Of a DNA stretch of 62,992 nucleotides, positions 59,675-62,992 are shown piece after piece. The DNA comes from an uncultured Polyangiaceae bacterium (GTDB taxonomy: Bacteria; Myxococcota_A; Polyangia; Polyangiales; Polyangiaceae), in contig CAYUAW010000005.1 in NCBI GenBank assembly GCA_964442485.1, positions 14,903-77,894 of the forward strand, written 5' to 3'. The translations under genes and the position numbers were made by a program. The notes beneath the pieces were generated by a model. The model saw only the letters and a program-made list of their open reading frames with translations, had not been told where the DNA came from and did not search any database. Each line of letters opens with the position of its first letter. Positions within the stretch are counted from its first letter, which is position 1.

Positions 59675-61147
59675 ATGCTGAAGGAAGTGTTGCGACGGCT
59701 CCTGTGGCTCGGGCCGACGCTGCTCGTCGTCACGTTGCCGATCTTCTGGGGCATTGCCCGGACTACCGATCGCACCGCGACGACGCCGACCAGCACGCTC
59801 CCGCTGTTCTTCAATCCGAACCCCGAAGGAGCCCGGGAGCGCGCGCTCGCGGCGCTGTCCCAGGTGGCCGCCGGCGGGGTGCAGGCGGCTCGGGCCGCAG
59901 AGGAGCTCGAGCGCCTCGGCGGAGCGGCGTTCCCCTACGTGCTCACGCGATTCGATGCACTCGGGCCCGACGCTCGCGGCAGGGTGGCGCTGTCGCTCGC
60001 GCCGGTCGCCCGCAGGATGGGCATCGGCGCCGGCGCGGAGCTCGACAGCCCCGAGACGGCGGTCCTGCTGCTGAGCCGGTTCTGGGAGGAGCACGCGATC
60101 GACTTTCGTCCGGCAGTGGTGAAGCGCACGGTCCGTCGTTTCGTCGAGCACCCCTCCGCGCTCCGCGCGAGCGAGGTGAGCGAGCTCGATACGGTCGCGC
60201 TGGAGGATCTGATCGACGCCCTCGGACGGGTGAAGACCCCGGACGACGCGACCCGCGTGCGGCACGTGGCCGAGGTGGCCGCCCGCATCACCGATCGCCC
60301 CTGGACGGTGCCCTCTGGAGCCTCGGTCGAGCGTGCTGCGGCGGTCGCCGAGAGGTGGAAACGCTGGTGGGTGTCGGAGCAGAGCACCTACGTCGCGTTC
60401 ACCGGGCCGCGGCGCCTCGTCGCCACCGTGCTCGAGACCCGATACGGCCTCTGGCTCGAGCACCTCGCTCGCCGTGGCGACGTCTCGCCCGCGGGCAGCC
60501 GCACCGCGAGCGCGCTGCGAACCCACGCGCCGGTGACGCTCGCGCTCGTCGGTTCCGGGCTCTTCCTCGGGTATCCTCTCGCCCTCGTGGGCGGCCTCCT
60601 GGCGGCGCTACGTGGACGGACCGCGCGTCGTATCGCGTTGCCGCTGTCGGCGCTCATCGTCGCGACCCTCGGGGTTGCGGCAACTTCGCTGGTCGTCAGC
60701 CGCGTCGCGAGCAAGGGGCTGGTGTCGGCTTGCCTTTCCATCGCACTCGCGACGGCGGCGCTGTCGCTCCGGCACCAGCAGGTCGTGAGCGAGCGCTTCT
60801 TCGAGCTCTCGCACGTGCGCACCGAGCTCGCCTTCGGCGCCTCGACGTTCCGCGTCGCGGCGCGTGGCGCGCGGCTGATGCTCGCCGCCCTCGCGGCGCT
60901 CGCGGTGGCCGACGTCCCCGGGCTCTTCACCTCGGCGTTCGTCGTCGAGCACGTCTTTTCCCTCCGTGGCGTCGGCGTCAGCATCGTGGAGGCGCTGCGC
61001 GCCGGCGATCAGGCTTTTCTCCTCACCGTGGCGCTGCTCTCGACGCTCTCCGTCGGGCTCGCTCAGATCGCGGCGGATGTGCTCCTGGTGGTGCTCGACC
61101 CCCGGGTCCGTCGAGCCAGAACCCGCGTCGCGAAGAGCCTCGCATGA
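59675..61147 (+). CDS. ABC transporter permease (OppB/DppB-like) with a large insert after TM1
   Basis: From the ATG at 59675 in ORF 59387..61147. N-terminus MLKEVLRRLLWLGPTLLVVTLPIF. C-terminus VVEHVFSLRGVGVSIVEALRAGDQ...AADVLLVVLDPRVR, typical of OppB/DppB. About 255 residues separate the first and second hydrophobic spans. Confidence 0.8.
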   Translation: MLKEVLRRLLWLGPTLLVVTLPIFWGIARTTDRTATTPTSTLPLFFNPNPEGARERALAALSQVAAGGVQAARAAEELERLGGAAFPYVLTRFDALGPDARGRVALSLAPVARRMGIGAGAELDSPETAVLLLSRFWEEHAIDFRPAVVKRTVRRFVEHPSALRASEVSELDTVALEDLIDALGRVKTPDDATRVRHVAEVAARITDRPWTVPSGASVERAAAVAERWKRWWVSEQSTYVAFTGPRRLVATVLETRYGLWLEHLARRGDVSPAGSRTASALRTHAPVTLALVGSGLFLGYPLALVGGLLAALRGRTARRIALPLSALIVATLGVAATSLVVSRVASKGLVSACLSIALATAALSLRHQQVVSERFFELSHVRTELAFGASTFRVAARGARLMLAALAALAVADVPGLFTSAFVVEHVFSLRGVGVSIVEALRAGDQAFLLTVALLSTLSVGLAQIAADVLLVVLDPRVRRARTRVAKSLA

Positions 61148-61890
61148 ACCGCCCCCCGTCGCACCGCTTTCTCCACGCCAGCATCATCGTGCTGGGCGCT
61201 CTCGGCGTGCTCGCGCTCGCCGGAGCGCCGCTCTCCGCGGCGGCTCTCGGCCGGGACAGCCTGCTCTTCGCGTGGACCGACGGCGCTCGCTCGACGCTCG
61301 CGGCGGCGAGCATCGTCATGGTCGTCGCGTTCGTCGCGGGCATCCTCGCGGGCACCTCAGCTGCCCTCGGGCCGTCCTTCGCGGACACCTCGCTCGCGTT
61401 CTCCATGGAGATAGCGGGCGCCCTGCCCTCGTTCGCCGCCGTGCTCGTCGTTCGGGCGATCTCCCCGACCTCGGAGCTCATGGCAGTGGCCGTCGTGCTC
61501 GCCGTGCTGCGCGGCCTTGCGACGGGGAAGGTCGTTCGCGCGGAGCTCCGCCGGCTCGAAGCCGCTGAGTTCGTCCTGTCCGCGCGAGCCCTCGGCTCGA
61601 GCAAGGCGCGCCTGTTTCGCCGGCACCTGTTCCCCCACGTCGCGGGACCCGTGCTCGCGGACGCTGCGCACGCCGCGGCGGCCGTGGTGGCGCTCGACAC
61701 GGCCCTCTCCCTCGCCGGCCTCGGAACCGGCGAGCGCACCTGGGGGAGCCTCTTCGCGCGCGCAGTGGAGAGTGCCTCCGTCGGGGTCGCCCTCGTCCCT
61801 GCGCTCGGGCTCGGAGCGACGATCGCGGCGCTCCTGGTGGTGGCGCAGGCCCTGGAGAACGGGTGGCGCGTCGGGAGGCGCTTCGTGTAG
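61144..61890 (+). CDS. ABC transporter permease (OppC/DppC-like)
   Basis: From the ATG at 61144 (ATGA overlap) in ORF 59704..61890. EFVLSARALGSSKARLFRRHLFPHVAGPVL is the typical EAA-loop region. Confidence 0.8.
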   Translation: MNRPPSHRFLHASIIVLGALGVLALAGAPLSAAALGRDSLLFAWTDGARSTLAAASIVMVVAFVAGILAGTSAALGPSFADTSLAFSMEIAGALPSFAAVLVVRAISPTSELMAVAVVLAVLRGLATGKVVRAELRRLEAAEFVLSARALGSSKARLFRRHLFPHVAGPVLADAAHAAAAVVALDTALSLAGLGTGERTWGSLFARAVESASVGVALVPALGLGATIAALLVVAQALENGWRVGRRFV

Positions 61891-61963
61891 GGACGGATCG
61901 CGTCGCCCGTGACGTGCCCGTGCGGGCTGGTCCCGAACGCAGGATGGATTAGAAAGACGTCCC

Positions 61964-62605
61964 ATGGCTGTCGCAACGGTTACTGATCACACCTTCGAGC
62001 AAGAGATCTTGCAGAGCGAGCTGCCGGTCCTCGTGGAGTTCGGCGCGGAGTGGTGCGGCCCCTGCAAGACGGTCGCACCGGAGCTGGCGGCGCTGTCCGA
62101 CGAGCTGAAGGGCAAGGCGAAGGTCGTGACGATCGACGTGGATCGCTCGCCTGTCATCGCGCGGGAGCTAGGCGTGCAATCGGTGCCGACGTTCGTGGTG
62201 TTTCACCAGGGCCGCCCCGCGGGGGGCCGTGTCGGCGCGCTCCGCAGGGCACAGCTCCGCGAAATGATCGAGCCGTTCTTGCCACGCGCCGCGGGTGCGC
62301 TGCGTCCGCCGGAGCTCTCTGAGCTGCTGAAGCGACGCCAGGTCGTGCCGGTGGACACGCGAGAAGCATCGGCGTTCAAGCGCGCACACCTGCCATCCGC
62401 CGTGAGCATCCCGCTCGAGGAGCTGCCGTCGCGCCTCGCGGAGCTCGACCAGCTGCCGGGCGCGCCGGTGCTCTACTGTCGCTCCGGCGACAAGACGAAG
62501 GACCTCGCCGAGAAGCTCGCGCGCGAAGGGACACCCGTGGCGTTTCTGGAGGGCGGGCTGCTCGGGTGGGAAAGTCTCGGGCTCGAGTTGGAACGACCGG
62601 ACTGA
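61964..62605 (+). CDS. thioredoxin-rhodanese fusion protein
   Basis: Thioredoxin motif VEFGAEWCGPCK. The C-terminal rhodanese-like domain has the active-site loop YCRSGDKT. Confidence 0.85.
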   Translation: MAVATVTDHTFEQEILQSELPVLVEFGAEWCGPCKTVAPELAALSDELKGKAKVVTIDVDRSPVIARELGVQSVPTFVVFHQGRPAGGRVGALRRAQLREMIEPFLPRAAGALRPPELSELLKRRQVVPVDTREASAFKRAHLPSAVSIPLEELPSRLAELDQLPGAPVLYCRSGDKTKDLAEKLAREGTPVAFLEGGLLGWESLGLELERPD

Positions 62606-62699
62606 GCAGCAGGCAGGAACTCTTCCCCGAACGCCCCGTCCTCCCGCCTCGGGCCGGCTCGCCCCGGTGAGCTGCTTCAGGTCTGCGGCCAGGCGCATC

Positions 62700-62992
62700 T
62701 CAGTGTGTGACCCGCCGCCGTCCCTCCACGACCGTATGCGGGGCGCGCCCGACGTGCCACATCATGGCGGACGCAGGCGGCGTCACGGCGAGCCTTCCCC
62801 CGTGGACGCCGTCCAGATGACACCACACGCAGAGGCTCGTGACGTTCTCGTCCGTGTCGTCGCCTCCCGCGGAGCGGAACACCAGATGATGCGGTGTGAT
62901 GTCGTGGCGCGTGCACACCGGGCTCGTGCATTGATGCCCGTCGCGCTCGTACACCTCCGCGTAGGCAAGCTCCGACAGCGCTCTCGGACGCC
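62700..62992 (-). CDS. HNH endonuclease domain protein, N-terminus beyond window edge
   Basis: ERDGHQCTSPVCTRHDITPHHLVFRSAGGDDTDENVTSLCVWCH (HNH with flanking Cys pairs). The frame stays open upstream of the GTG at 62954 through to the window end (..RALSELAYAEVYERDG). Confidence 0.7.
   Translation of the reverse strand, partial: RPRALSELAYAEVYERDGHQCTSPVCTRHDITPHHLVFRSAGGDDTDENVTSLCVWCHLDGVHGGRLAVTPPASAMMWHVGRAPHTVVEGRRRVTH

Overview
About 63 kb of very GC-rich, densely coding chromosomal DNA. Third codon positions are almost always G/C, and long spurious antisense ORFs occur throughout. I can support about 57 protein-coding genes. I saw no rRNA, tRNA, CRISPR array, transposase or prophage gene.

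The gene content points to Myxococcota: an AgmX/PglI-type TonB-like tail, AgmU/AglT-like TPR proteins, a short OPX plus beta-barrel pair, many Ser/Thr-kinase, FHA and PP2C genes, and an ECF sigma factor.

Layout:
- 1-9.5 kb: housekeeping genes (phosphohexomutase, accC-like, rlmN, mazG, crotonase, cysteine synthase, ygfZ) plus a C2-PDZ lipoprotein.
- 12.1-18.0 kb: a MoxR / ACP / KS-plus-KS-like / KS-plus-KS-like / lipoprotein operon.
- 18-24 kb: flippase-like protein, rluD, GT-C glycosyltransferase, maf, and a putative OMP.
- 24.0-38.8 kb: an eleven-gene, translationally coupled Glt/Nfs-like envelope operon ending in an OPX plus beta-barrel pair. A long intergenic region carrying a 14-bp palindrome separates it from a divergent ECF sigma/anti-sigma pair (39.4-41.1 kb).
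- 41-48 kb: PilZ plus a giant GT-C protein, era, der, and an ArsA-like ATPase.
- 48.5-55.8 kb: PHP tyrosine phosphatase, second flippase-like protein, STPK, FGE-like protein, TrmH-like methyltransferase, ltaE, and a TPR lipoprotein.
- 55.9-62.6 kb: hyper-acidic protein, OMP, Zn-ribbon/FHA protein, PP2C, two orphan ABC permeases, and a thioredoxin-rhodanese fusion.
- Right edge: an HNH nuclease fragment.

The best candidates for an undescribed system are the Glt/Nfs-like operon fused to an OPX/porin outlet and the MoxR-ACP-(KS/KS-like)x2 operon. All functional calls rest on motifs I recognised by eye. No database search was run.
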